NCBI GenBank assembly: GCA_043768885.1
Contig: JAYVKA010000121.1
Span: 1-41,474, forward strand
DNA from: Planctomycetota bacterium
GTDB lineage: Bacteria; Planctomycetota; Planctomycetia; Pirellulales; Pirellulaceae
Direction of reading: 5' to 3'
Length of the DNA: 41,474 nt
The position numbers and the translations under genes were made by a program. Under the pieces are notes generated by a model. That model worked only from the letters and a program-made list of their open reading frames with translations. It ran no database searches and was not told the DNA's origin. Of this stretch, positions 1 through 7,770 are shown in pieces. The number at the start of each line of letters is the position of its first letter. Position 1 is the stretch's first letter.

Positions 1-1908
1 GAGGGTGATCGCCGCGAAGGCGTGCTGCACCGGCAGAGCAAAGGCTGGTTCCAGGTCGCGGGGATGGGCCACGAACCGATGGCCGTGATCAGTTACCTGC
101 TCGAAAAAGACGACTACCTGTTTCCGTATTATCGTGACCGCGCGATGGTGCTGGCCAAAGGTGTACCGAATTCCGAGTTGGCCAAGGCGTACTTTGCCAA
201 GCGTGATACGGGCAGCGGCGGACGGCAAATGCCGGGTCATTACTCGTCGCGAAAACACAACATCTGGAGCGTACCGACTCCGACCGGAGCGAACGCGCTG
301 CCGGCTTGCGGAGTTGCCTGGTCGATGCAGATGGCAGACAAAGCCAATGTTGTAGTAGCAACGGTCGGTGACGCGGCAGCACGACAAGGCGAATTCTACG
401 AAGCGATTTCGTTCGCAGTCGAACGCCAATTGCCAATCGTGTTGATCGTCGAAGACAACCAGTATGGGATCAGCACGAACACCGAAAAATTCAATCCGTT
501 CAAGCTGGGCGTTTTTAACGAAGGCCTTGGAATCGTTCACGTCGATGCCCGTCATCCCGATCGTGTGTACGAGGCGGGTTCGGCAGCGATTCACCGGGCC
601 CGTAGCGGCGATGGTCCGACGGTATTGGTTTGCCAGCTGGATCGGCTGTGCAGCCACACCAGCAGCGACGACCATCGAGTTTATCGCCCTCAACACGAAA
701 TCGACGAGATGGCGGAACGCGATCCGATCCTCGTTCTTTCGACTGAGTTGATCGATGCCGGGGAACTGGACGCCGACGAGTGGGAGCAGATGAAGTCGGA
801 GATCGACGCCCGCGTTGATCGCGAATACATCGAAGCAGAAAAGCTGGAAGATCCTCGTGCCGAAGAGACGCTCGACCATTTGTTCGGCGAGTTGCCCGTT
901 CCGGAATCACCGCCGATCGAAGGTGGACGCAAGTGGCGAATGGTGGATGCCATGAATTCGGTGTTCCAAAAAGGTTTGGAGGCCGACGACAAATACGTTT
1001 TCTTTGGCGAAGACATCGAAGACCCCAAGGGTGGAGTGTTTGGCCTGACGTCGGGGTTGTCCGACGCCTTTCCGAAACGTGTCTTCAACGCACCATTGGC
1101 CGAAGCGACGATCATGGGCGTTGGGATTGGCATGGCCAGTTATGGAATGCGGCCCGTCTTCGAACTTCAATTTGTTGACTTCGTCGGTCCGGCCTGGAAC
1201 CAGATTTCGCAGAACATGGCAACGCTTCGATGGCGGACGTTTGGCGAATGGAAAGTTCCTATGGTGTTGTACGCTCCGTACGGCGCATATTTGCCGGGCG
1301 GTTCGTTGTGGCACAGCCAGGCAAACGAAGCGATGTTCGGACATATTCCTGGCCTGCGAGTTGTCGTGCCGAGCACGCCCGAAGATGCCGCGGCAATGAT
1401 CTGGACTGCGATGCATACCGAGGATCCGACGATCTTCCTGATCCCGAAACATCTTTTCCGTTTGCAAATGGATTGCCCCAAAGTAGTTCCTGCCGTCGGA
1501 TTTGGAAAGGCACGAATTCGTCGCGAGGGGCAGGACGTTACAGTCGTTGCCTGGGGAAATGGAATGGAGTTGGCTTTGGCTGCCGCCGATCGGATGGCTG
1601 ATCAAGCGGAAGTCGAAGTCATCGATTTGCGATCGATCATTCCATGGGATCGTGAGACTTTGGCCAGGAGCATCGAAAAGACCGGTCGCCTGGTCGTGGT
1701 TCAGGAAGACAACCGCTCGTGTAGCGTTGGCCAAATGATCATCTCGGAGCTGGTCAGCAACGAAGAGTCGTTCGGCAGTTTCCTGAGCGCACCGCAACTT
1801 GTGTCGCGGGAAGATGTTCATATTGGTTACAACCCAATTTACGAATACGCCGCGTTGCCCGATCTCGATCAGGTGGTTGCAGCCATTGAAAAAACTTTGG
1901 AGGAATAG
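1..1908 (+). CDS. TPP-dependent 2-oxoacid dehydrogenase E1 component with alpha and beta subunits fused in one polypeptide; the 5' end lies outside the window
   Basis: The frame is open from base 1 (EGDRREG precedes the listed GTG at 22), so the N-terminus is upstream of the window. The first half carries a TPP-binding GD..N pattern (VGDAAARQGEFYEAISFAVERQLPIVLIVEDNQYGIS). The second half reads as an E1-beta/transketolase-like domain (FGEDIEDPKGGVFGLTSGL, NAPLAEATIMGVGIGMA, RPVFELQFVDF, VVVPSTPEDA). An E2 gene follows 6 nt downstream. Confidence 0.85.
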   Translation, partial: EGDRREGVLHRQSKGWFQVAGMGHEPMAVISYLLEKDDYLFPYYRDRAMVLAKGVPNSELAKAYFAKRDTGSGGRQMPGHYSSRKHNIWSVPTPTGANALPACGVAWSMQMADKANVVVATVGDAAARQGEFYEAISFAVERQLPIVLIVEDNQYGISTNTEKFNPFKLGVFNEGLGIVHVDARHPDRVYEAGSAAIHRARSGDGPTVLVCQLDRLCSHTSSDDHRVYRPQHEIDEMAERDPILVLSTELIDAGELDADEWEQMKSEIDARVDREYIEAEKLEDPRAEETLDHLFGELPVPESPPIEGGRKWRMVDAMNSVFQKGLEADDKYVFFGEDIEDPKGGVFGLTSGLSDAFPKRVFNAPLAEATIMGVGIGMASYGMRPVFELQFVDFVGPAWNQISQNMATLRWRTFGEWKVPMVLYAPYGAYLPGGSLWHSQANEAMFGHIPGLRVVVPSTPEDAAAMIWTAMHTEDPTIFLIPKHLFRLQMDCPKVVPAVGFGKARIRREGQDVTVVAWGNGMELALAAADRMADQAEVEVIDLRSIIPWDRETLARSIEKTGRLVVVQEDNRSCSVGQMIISELVSNEESFGSFLSAPQLVSREDVHIGYNPIYEYAALPDLDQVVAAIEKTLEE

Positions 1909-1914
1909 CGTTCG

Positions 1915-3150
1915 ATGCCCATCATCTCAGTCAGGATTCCGCAACTCGGTGAGGGTCTGCAGGAAGCCCTGTTGGTTGAATTCCTCAAAAAGCCCGGCGA
2001 AAAAGTCAAACGCGATGATCCGATTTACGTGATGGAAACCGACAAGGCGACGACCGATGTCGAGTCGCCTTATGACGGAACACTGATCGAATGGCTGGTC
2101 GAGACCGGTTCAGTGCTGTCAATTGGAACCGAGATCGCCAAAATGGAAGTGGCCGAAGGCGTTCAGGAAATGGCGGCTGGTCACGGACCGGCTAGTAGCC
2201 ACGCTCCCGAAAAAATGCCGGCGAAGTCTTCGGACAAATCGTCGGGCGGGACGGCAACAGCGACCCGTATTCGTTCCGATGTTCAGATTCCGCCACGAAC
2301 GCGCCGGTATTTGAAAGAAAAGGGTTTATTGGACGTCGCGGCACAGATTCCGGCAGGCGGCAGCAAGTTGATGCCCGACGATGTCGATGCGTGGATCGCG
2401 GCAGGCGGATCGAACGGTTCGGCGGCTCCTGTGGCAAGTGGATCAGCTGCACCGAAAGCGGCACCTTTGGCCAGCAACGACGTTTACGAAGTCGTCTCAT
2501 TGCCGCAATCGCAAATCACACTCAATTATCGTTTGTCGCGAGGCACCCAGGCCACGGTTCCGGTGACGGTTGCAACTGATGTGGACTGGAGCAAGCTCGA
2601 AGCCGCCCGCGAAAAATCACGTGAGAGTGGCGGGCCAACTGCTTTCGCAGCCGCATGCTGGTGTGTCGTCCAGGCCATGAAAAAACACGACCGGTTCCGC
2701 AGCGGCATTTCCTCCGATGGCAGGTCGCTGAAAGTCTTTCGACGGATCAACATCGGCGTCGCTGTCGCTTTGCCAGGCGACGTGCTTGTGACCGCCGTCG
2801 TTCGGGACGCTTGCCAAATGGACCAAACCGGTTTTTATGCCGCCCTTGCGGCATCGATCGAACAGGCTCGCGACGGAAAAGACCAGGCGGACGAATCAAC
2901 AACGCTGACCGTTTCAAACATTGGCAAAGCAGGCATGCGCTGGGGCATTCCTGCGATTGTTACTCCGGCGATGGCGACTTTGGCCATCGGTCAGGCGTGG
3001 CCGAATCCGGTTCCCGATGTCAAATCGTTCAAGTTCCGTTCGACGGTCGTCGCCACGCTCAGCTTCGATCACCGCGTTGCCAACGGCGTCGGAGCGGCGA
3101 ATTTCCTGGACCAGGTCCGGCAGGAAATCGAAGGGTTCAAGTTGGCGTAG
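1915..3150 (+). CDS. Dihydrolipoamide acyltransferase (E2) of a 2-oxoacid dehydrogenase complex
   Basis: N-terminal lipoyl domain with the lipoyl-lysine box VMETDKATTDVESPYDG. An Ala/Pro/Ser-rich linker follows, then a subunit-binding-like segment (IPPRTRRYLKEKGL). The C-terminal catalytic domain ends in SFDHRVANG, a variant of the DHRxxDG active-site box. Confidence 0.85.
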   Translation: MPIISVRIPQLGEGLQEALLVEFLKKPGEKVKRDDPIYVMETDKATTDVESPYDGTLIEWLVETGSVLSIGTEIAKMEVAEGVQEMAAGHGPASSHAPEKMPAKSSDKSSGGTATATRIRSDVQIPPRTRRYLKEKGLLDVAAQIPAGGSKLMPDDVDAWIAAGGSNGSAAPVASGSAAPKAAPLASNDVYEVVSLPQSQITLNYRLSRGTQATVPVTVATDVDWSKLEAAREKSRESGGPTAFAAACWCVVQAMKKHDRFRSGISSDGRSLKVFRRINIGVAVALPGDVLVTAVVRDACQMDQTGFYAALAASIEQARDGKDQADESTTLTVSNIGKAGMRWGIPAIVTPAMATLAIGQAWPNPVPDVKSFKFRSTVVATLSFDHRVANGVGAANFLDQVRQEIEGFKLA

Positions 3151-3164
3151 AACTTCGCCAACAT

Positions 3165-3275
3165 TTGAAATTGGGATTCGCCGTAGTGGACGAGGCTACG
3201 AGTCCTCGTGAATTTGCGATGAAAAGGACTCGAAAACCAATGGACTCGTAGCCTCGCCCACTACCCCAAATTCAA
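3165..3275. terminator. Long imperfect palindrome after the E2 stop; probable transcript-end or regulatory stem-loop without a U-tract
   Basis: Arm 3183-3205 (gtagtggacgaggctacgagtcc) pairs with 3242-3264 at 22 of 23 positions. The outer extension 3165-3175 pairs with 3265-3275. The loop holds a second copy of ggactcg (3226-3232) that could pair with the same left-arm segment 3199-3205 instead. Confidence 0.4.
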
Positions 3276-3393
3276 TTCACCGAGCTACTTTTGACGACTG
3301 TGTCGATCATTCGATCGGAAAGGACAGGGGCTGGCCACCAAATTCTTCAGCTGCGTGATTGCCTGCGGACGCATCACAACTCATAATTGGGAC

Positions 3394-4374
3394 ATGAATG
3401 CTTTTCCCCAAAATCGGCTGAACCGTGCCGGCTTTACCCTGGTAGAGTTGTTGGTGGTGATAGCCATTATTGGGGTCCTGGTCAGTCTGCTCTTTCCCGC
3501 TGTCCAGGGTATTCGCGAAGCGGCCCGGCGCACGCAGTGTTTGAACAATCTCAAACAACTGGGACTGGCGTTGCACAATTTCGAGAGTGCCCATCGTGTG
3601 TTTCCGGCGTCCGGGTGGACGATGGTTGGACCGGGAAATCCGAATGGCAAGTACATGGGATGGCGACCGATCATTCTTCCGTTTCTGGAGCAGGGAGCTC
3701 TGGCCGACCTTTATGATCCGAAACTAAATTGGTGGGAGTCCACCAACGCGGTGTCCGCTGCTGTACCGGTTCCCGGATTTGAATGCCCCAGCGTGCCATC
3801 CCGAGAAGATGTATTGTCGGCAGTTGCAAAATCGCCCCGGCCTGCGATGACCTTCTCAAACCCGATTGCTCCGACAGACTACGAAGCGATCCAGGGCGTT
3901 CAGCCAGCCAGTATCAATCCGCATTTCCCCCGGCCGCTTTACAACTCCGAGAACCGCTTCGCCGTCATGCATCGAAATTCGCGAACCCGTTTTGGCGACA
4001 TCGGTGACGGAACGACTTACACAATGATGATTGTTGAAGCGGGTGGACGGCCAACAGTTTATCGTGCGAACGGTCGGCCCCGGTATGACCTTTCGAACGA
4101 CCAGGGAATTGGATGGGCGGACAGCGAAGGCCCGTTCAGTTTGGACGGTGCAAACTCCGACGGATCGATCGAGGGGGGCGGACCGGCGGCTGGTTGCGTG
4201 AACGTGATGAACAAAAAGAACGACAACGAGCCCTACAGTTTTCACCCTGGCGCTTCCAACGTGTTGTTCGCAGCTGGCAATACAGAGTTCATGTCCCAGT
4301 CGGTCAGCATTCAGGTCTTGGCCGCTCTCTGTACACGGGACGCCGGCGAGATCGTCGCAATTCCAAGTCCTTAA
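3394..4374 (+). CDS. DUF1559-family protein with a prepilin-type N-terminal cleavage/methylation signal (planctomycete pseudopilin-like paralogue family)
   Basis: MNAFPQNRLNRAG|FTLVELLVVIAIIGVLVSLL is a classic type IV pilin-like leader followed by a hydrophobic helix. The C-terminal box FHPGASNVLFAAGNTEF resembles the H-X9-DG motif, with A in place of D. I chose the ATG at 3394 over the listed start at 3355 because it gives a normal-length leader. Confidence 0.85.
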   Translation: MNAFPQNRLNRAGFTLVELLVVIAIIGVLVSLLFPAVQGIREAARRTQCLNNLKQLGLALHNFESAHRVFPASGWTMVGPGNPNGKYMGWRPIILPFLEQGALADLYDPKLNWWESTNAVSAAVPVPGFECPSVPSREDVLSAVAKSPRPAMTFSNPIAPTDYEAIQGVQPASINPHFPRPLYNSENRFAVMHRNSRTRFGDIGDGTTYTMMIVEAGGRPTVYRANGRPRYDLSNDQGIGWADSEGPFSLDGANSDGSIEGGGPAAGCVNVMNKKNDNEPYSFHPGASNVLFAAGNTEFMSQSVSIQVLAALCTRDAGEIVAIPSP

Positions 4375-4656
4375 TTCCGGGCAAGCCGGGTTCTCAGTAA
4401 TCGCCGTTTTTGTTCTGCTTTCAGCCAATACCATTGTCAATTGGCTTTTGATTGCGGAATAAAACTTGAGCGAGCATCTTTTCTATTACATTGCGACAGT
4501 GCCCGTTTTGGGTGTGCTGGCCCAGATGATTTTCTACTGGTTCTGGCCGTGCTGGTTTTCGGGCAGGTGATTCACGTCGGATCGGAACAGCCGGTATTGG
4601 CCGCCATTTGGCTGTTACTCTGAACCGCAGCACTTGGGATAGGTTTTTCCTGGATT

Positions 4657-5904
4657 TTGTCCTGCATGCTTGGTTTGTTGGTCAACCGGTTGCTGATTCC
4701 GGATTTTCTGCATGGCGTGGTGTTTCTGGCGGCGGCACTCGGCAGTGACGCCCTATCGAACTGGATCATCCCCGAATCGGGACTTGTGACGGTCACTGCA
4801 CTGGGTGTTTTTCTGGCCAACATGAAATCGATTTCGATTGGCCACGTGGTCGAGTTCAAGGAGAACCTCGGCATCCTGCTGATCTCGTGCCTGTTTATTG
4901 TGCTGGGTTCGCGACTTAATTTGGGACAACTGGCCAATCATGGGCCTGGAGCCATTTTGTTTGTGGTCGCGTTGATTGTCGTTGTCCGTCCGGCATCGAT
5001 CTTCATTTCGCTGGCTGGAACTGGAACTCCCTTCAAGGAGCAACTGTTTCTGGCGCTGGTCGCTCCCCGGGGAATCGTGGCCGCCGCAGTCGGCAGCGTT
5101 TTCGCCTTGAAAGTGTTGACGTTGGCCAGTCACGATGAGAATTTGGAATCATTGGTTGCCAGCACGCGTGAACTGGAATCAGTCATCTTTCTCGTGATTG
5201 TCAGCACGGTTGCGTTTTATGCTTTATTGGCCGCTCCATTGGCGCGGATGTTGGATTTGGCGGACACCAATCCCCAGGGCCTGTTGTTCGCGAGCACCAC
5301 GGACTGGGTTCGCGATTTGGCGACCGTTGTGCAAAAGGCCATGTTCCCGGTTATTTTGGCGGATACAAACTATTCGCATATTTCCAAAGCCCGCCAAGAG
5401 GGACTGACAGCCTATTGCGCGAGCATCCTTTCGGAAGAAGTCGAAGAACAGCTGGAATTGTCGGGCGTGGGCCGGTTGTTTGCCGTAACACGAAACGATG
5501 AAGTCAACGAATTGGCTGCCAACGATTATGCCCATTTGTTCGGAAAGAAGAACGTTTACCGGCTGGCACCAGGCGATTCGAAAAAAGGGACTCGATCGTC
5601 CCAGGAAGGAAATGTTGGCGGTAGGGTTTTGTTTGGGCCCGAACACGATGAAAATGCATTACGCACCCGATATCGCCAGGGGTGGAGATTCCGGGCAACC
5701 AAACTGAGTGAAGAGTTTGGGATCGACGATTTTCGCAAAATGCACGGGGAAAAGGCATTTATTGCGATGTATGTGGAATCCGGAAACCTGCACGTGATTA
5801 CGGCTGACACGCCATTGGAACCTGAGGCTGGCCAAACACTGATTGCCATGGTTCAGCCTGAATCATCCAGGCCAGAGCAGGCAAAACCCAATTCCGGGCA
5901 ATGA
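4657..5904 (+). CDS. Cation:proton antiporter (CPA1/NhaP-like) membrane core plus C-terminal RCK/TrkA-like soluble domains; the N-terminus appears interrupted (see findings)
   Basis: About 8 hydrophobic helices with antiporter-like boxes (FLAAALGSDAL, ESGLVTVTALGVF, LVAPRGIVAAAVGSVFAL). A roughly 200-aa soluble tail follows (LLFASTTDWVRDL...VILADTN; TrkA-C-like ...GQTLIAMV). The listed start is a TTG. The same frame continues as hydrophobic sequence upstream of an in-frame TGA at 4621. Confidence 0.6.
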   Translation: MSCMLGLLVNRLLIPDFLHGVVFLAAALGSDALSNWIIPESGLVTVTALGVFLANMKSISIGHVVEFKENLGILLISCLFIVLGSRLNLGQLANHGPGAILFVVALIVVVRPASIFISLAGTGTPFKEQLFLALVAPRGIVAAAVGSVFALKVLTLASHDENLESLVASTRELESVIFLVIVSTVAFYALLAAPLARMLDLADTNPQGLLFASTTDWVRDLATVVQKAMFPVILADTNYSHISKARQEGLTAYCASILSEEVEEQLELSGVGRLFAVTRNDEVNELAANDYAHLFGKKNVYRLAPGDSKKGTRSSQEGNVGGRVLFGPEHDENALRTRYRQGWRFRATKLSEEFGIDDFRKMHGEKAFIAMYVESGNLHVITADTPLEPEAGQTLIAMVQPESSRPEQAKPNSGQ

Positions 5905-5912
5905 CCAGGCGC

Positions 5913-5943
5913 AAAAAAAAGCCTCGGGAAGACTTCCCGAGGC
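5913..5943 (-). terminator. Rho-independent terminator for the PEP-CTERM gene, sitting between convergent genes
   Basis: gcctcgggaa (5921-5930) and ttcccgaggc (5934-5943) form a perfect 10-bp GC-rich stem with a 3-nt loop. The stem is preceded on the plus strand by A8 (5913-5920), which reads as a hairpin followed by U8 on the minus strand. It lies 48 nt past the stop at 5991. Confidence 0.65.
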
Positions 5944-5990
5944 GTCTGGATCTTATTGACCTAAAACCGCATAAAACCGCATCGATCGAA

Positions 5991-6662
5991 TTAGCTACGG
6001 CAGCGTACACCCGCAATACCGGCGACCATCAGCAAAACGAAACCGGCCGTAGCTGGTTCAGGAATCGGGCTGCCGGAAATGACAATGTTATCCACTCGCC
6101 CTGTTCCCGTGGTTGCAACGGTACCTCCATTTACTGAGGTGGTGTTCGTATTCAGAAGGCGGAATTGAACAGTCGAATTGTTGTTGAGGGACGTATTCGC
6201 CGAAAAATTGAAGGTCCTTGTACTTAGGGCGTTGTAGGTGGCGGAAGACCACGCTTCAAGAGTCAGACTGTACGACGTTGCAGTTACAAAACCCGAGCCA
6301 TCGTTGTATTGCAAGTCGAAGTCGCGAGGACCGGTATTGCTTCCAGTCTGGTCCCAGGAAATCATGATGTTCTGCAAGCCTACTGTGGAAACCGAGAAGT
6401 TGTAAAAATCGCCCACAGACCAAAAATTTGAGCTGAACGATTCAACTGATCCGTTCCCTGACGGATTGGAATAAACAGCCAAGCCGTTGGAGTGAAAGCC
6501 GGTTGCAGCTCCCAATCCAACTTCAGCAGCATGAGGGCCACTGGTTGTTGGGATGCTGACTTCAAAAGTCCATCCGGCGATGGTATCTGCTTTGGCAATG
6601 CCAGTCATTGACCAAACTGCGATGGCAAGGGTGGCAACAAATCGTGTTGCGGTGAATTTCAT
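5991..6662 (-). CDS. PEP-CTERM sorting-domain secreted protein
   Basis: Signal peptide MKFTATRFVATLAIAVWSMTGIAKA. The C-terminus PIPEPATAGFVLLMVAGIAGVRCRS has the PEP motif, a TM helix and a basic tail. The body is Ser/Thr/Asn-rich. The ATG at 6662 has a GGAGAA Shine-Dalgarno 8 nt upstream; the listed ORF start at 6695 is probably too long. Confidence 0.8.
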   Translation of the reverse strand: MKFTATRFVATLAIAVWSMTGIAKADTIAGWTFEVSIPTTSGPHAAEVGLGAATGFHSNGLAVYSNPSGNGSVESFSSNFWSVGDFYNFSVSTVGLQNIMISWDQTGSNTGPRDFDLQYNDGSGFVTATSYSLTLEAWSSATYNALSTRTFNFSANTSLNNNSTVQFRLLNTNTTSVNGGTVATTGTGRVDNIVISGSPIPEPATAGFVLLMVAGIAGVRCRS

Positions 6663-6896
6663 GGCGTATTTCTCCAGGTTCGATAAGCAGCCCAAGAAAA
6701 TGGGCGGGTGGGTTTTGGGTCAAATCCTGCCGTAAATCATAGCTTCTGCTAAAACCGTGTCTAGCTGATAATAGGCGCTGTTTGGGAAGTTTAACACGGT
6801 TTTAACAATTGGGAGTGTGGAAACGCCCGAATTCGATGTTTCGGGTTTGAATTGCCCGTTATCGCGATTTTGGCCCGCCGAAAATACCTGACTCAC

Positions 6897-6905
6897 GGGG
6901 GGGGG
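6897..6905. repeat. Homopolymeric G9 (C9 on the minus strand) tract in the intergenic region upstream of the PEP-CTERM gene
   Basis: Direct read: cacgggggggggacc. The tract lies about 235 nt upstream of the ATG at 6662. Confidence 0.9.
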
Positions 6906-7007
6906 ACCGGCAACTCCAAAAATGGACATCGATTCGGCAGATCTAATCACGTTTTGGTCCTTCCGCCGGTGATAGATCATCTGATACCACGATAGCCAAA
7001 TCGCGGA

Positions 7008-7556
7008 CTACTTCCCAACCTTCGGAGCAATCGTGCACAGAATCCGGCGCGACTGCTGGGATGGCGAACTTTCGACTTTGCCATGTGGTAGCAACAATTC
7101 CAGAATCTGCTGCATAACCTTGTGCCCCTCTTCAATGTGGGCCAATTCACGACCGCGGAAAAGGACTGTAACCTGCACTTTGTCCTTGTGCTCAAGAAAA
7201 CCAATCGCCTGTTTCACCTTGAACTCGATATCGTGCTCGCCAGTCTTGGGTCGAACGCGAATTTCCTTGAGCTTGATCGTGTGGGATTTGTTCTTGTGCG
7301 ACTTCTTGTTTTTCTCGTACTTGAATTTGCCGTAATCCATGATTCGGCAAACCGGCGGCTTGGACTCAGGAGCCACTTCCACCAGATCCAGGCCAATATC
7401 ACGGGCCCGGTTTAGTGCATCGCGGGTTGGAATAATTCCCAACTGCTCTCCGTTTTCATCAATCACCCGAATCGGTGAAATCCTGATCTGATCATTCAGT
7501 CTGGTCTGGTCCTTGCTTGCGTTCCGGTCACGGCTGTCGCGTTGATTGATTGCCAA
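7008..7556 (-). CDS. infC: Translation initiation factor IF-3
   Basis: [57 protein letters not shown] and the C-terminal domain [17 protein letters not shown]...VTVLFRGRE are typical of IF-3. The gene lies directly downstream of thrS. There is no ATG; the listed start is a TTG (7556-7554), and an ATC at 7550-7548 has better SD spacing. Confidence 0.9.
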   Translation of the reverse strand: MAINQRDSRDRNASKDQTRLNDQIRISPIRVIDENGEQLGIIPTRDALNRARDIGLDLVEVAPESKPPVCRIMDYGKFKYEKNKKSHKNKSHTIKLKEIRVRPKTGEHDIEFKVKQAIGFLEHKDKVQVTVLFRGRELAHIEEGHKVMQQILELLLPHGKVESSPSQQSRRILCTIAPKVGK

Positions 7557-7770
7557 ATCCTCTTCCTGTTTTCAAAACAATGGGCCGTTCCGATTCTGGC
7601 AGCGAGCCCGAATTCCAAAACCAACCCGAGACAAAATCCCCTTTGATTCAACTACGGAAGGGAACAACCCGTCAAAACATCATTTTCGCGGAACCGTTCC
7701 GCAATGCAACTATAGCGGAGCAGTAAAATCAGGTAAAGCAAGCATTATGGCGAAACGTCTGCCAGAATCA

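Noticed and set aside
4621-4623. The in-frame TGA in the antiporter region as a selenocysteine or programmed readthrough codon.
   Set aside because: I could not see a convincing SECIS-like stem-loop in the roughly 40 nt downstream. Antiporters are not known selenoproteins. An additional frameshift upstream points to decay or sequencing error instead.
6720-6980. 86-aa minus-strand ORF in the infC/PEP-CTERM intergenic gap, examined as a possible rpmI (L35).
   Set aside because: The sequence (MIYHRRKDQNVIRSAES...) lacks the Lys/Arg-rich L35 pattern. It runs through the C9 homopolymer and has no SD.
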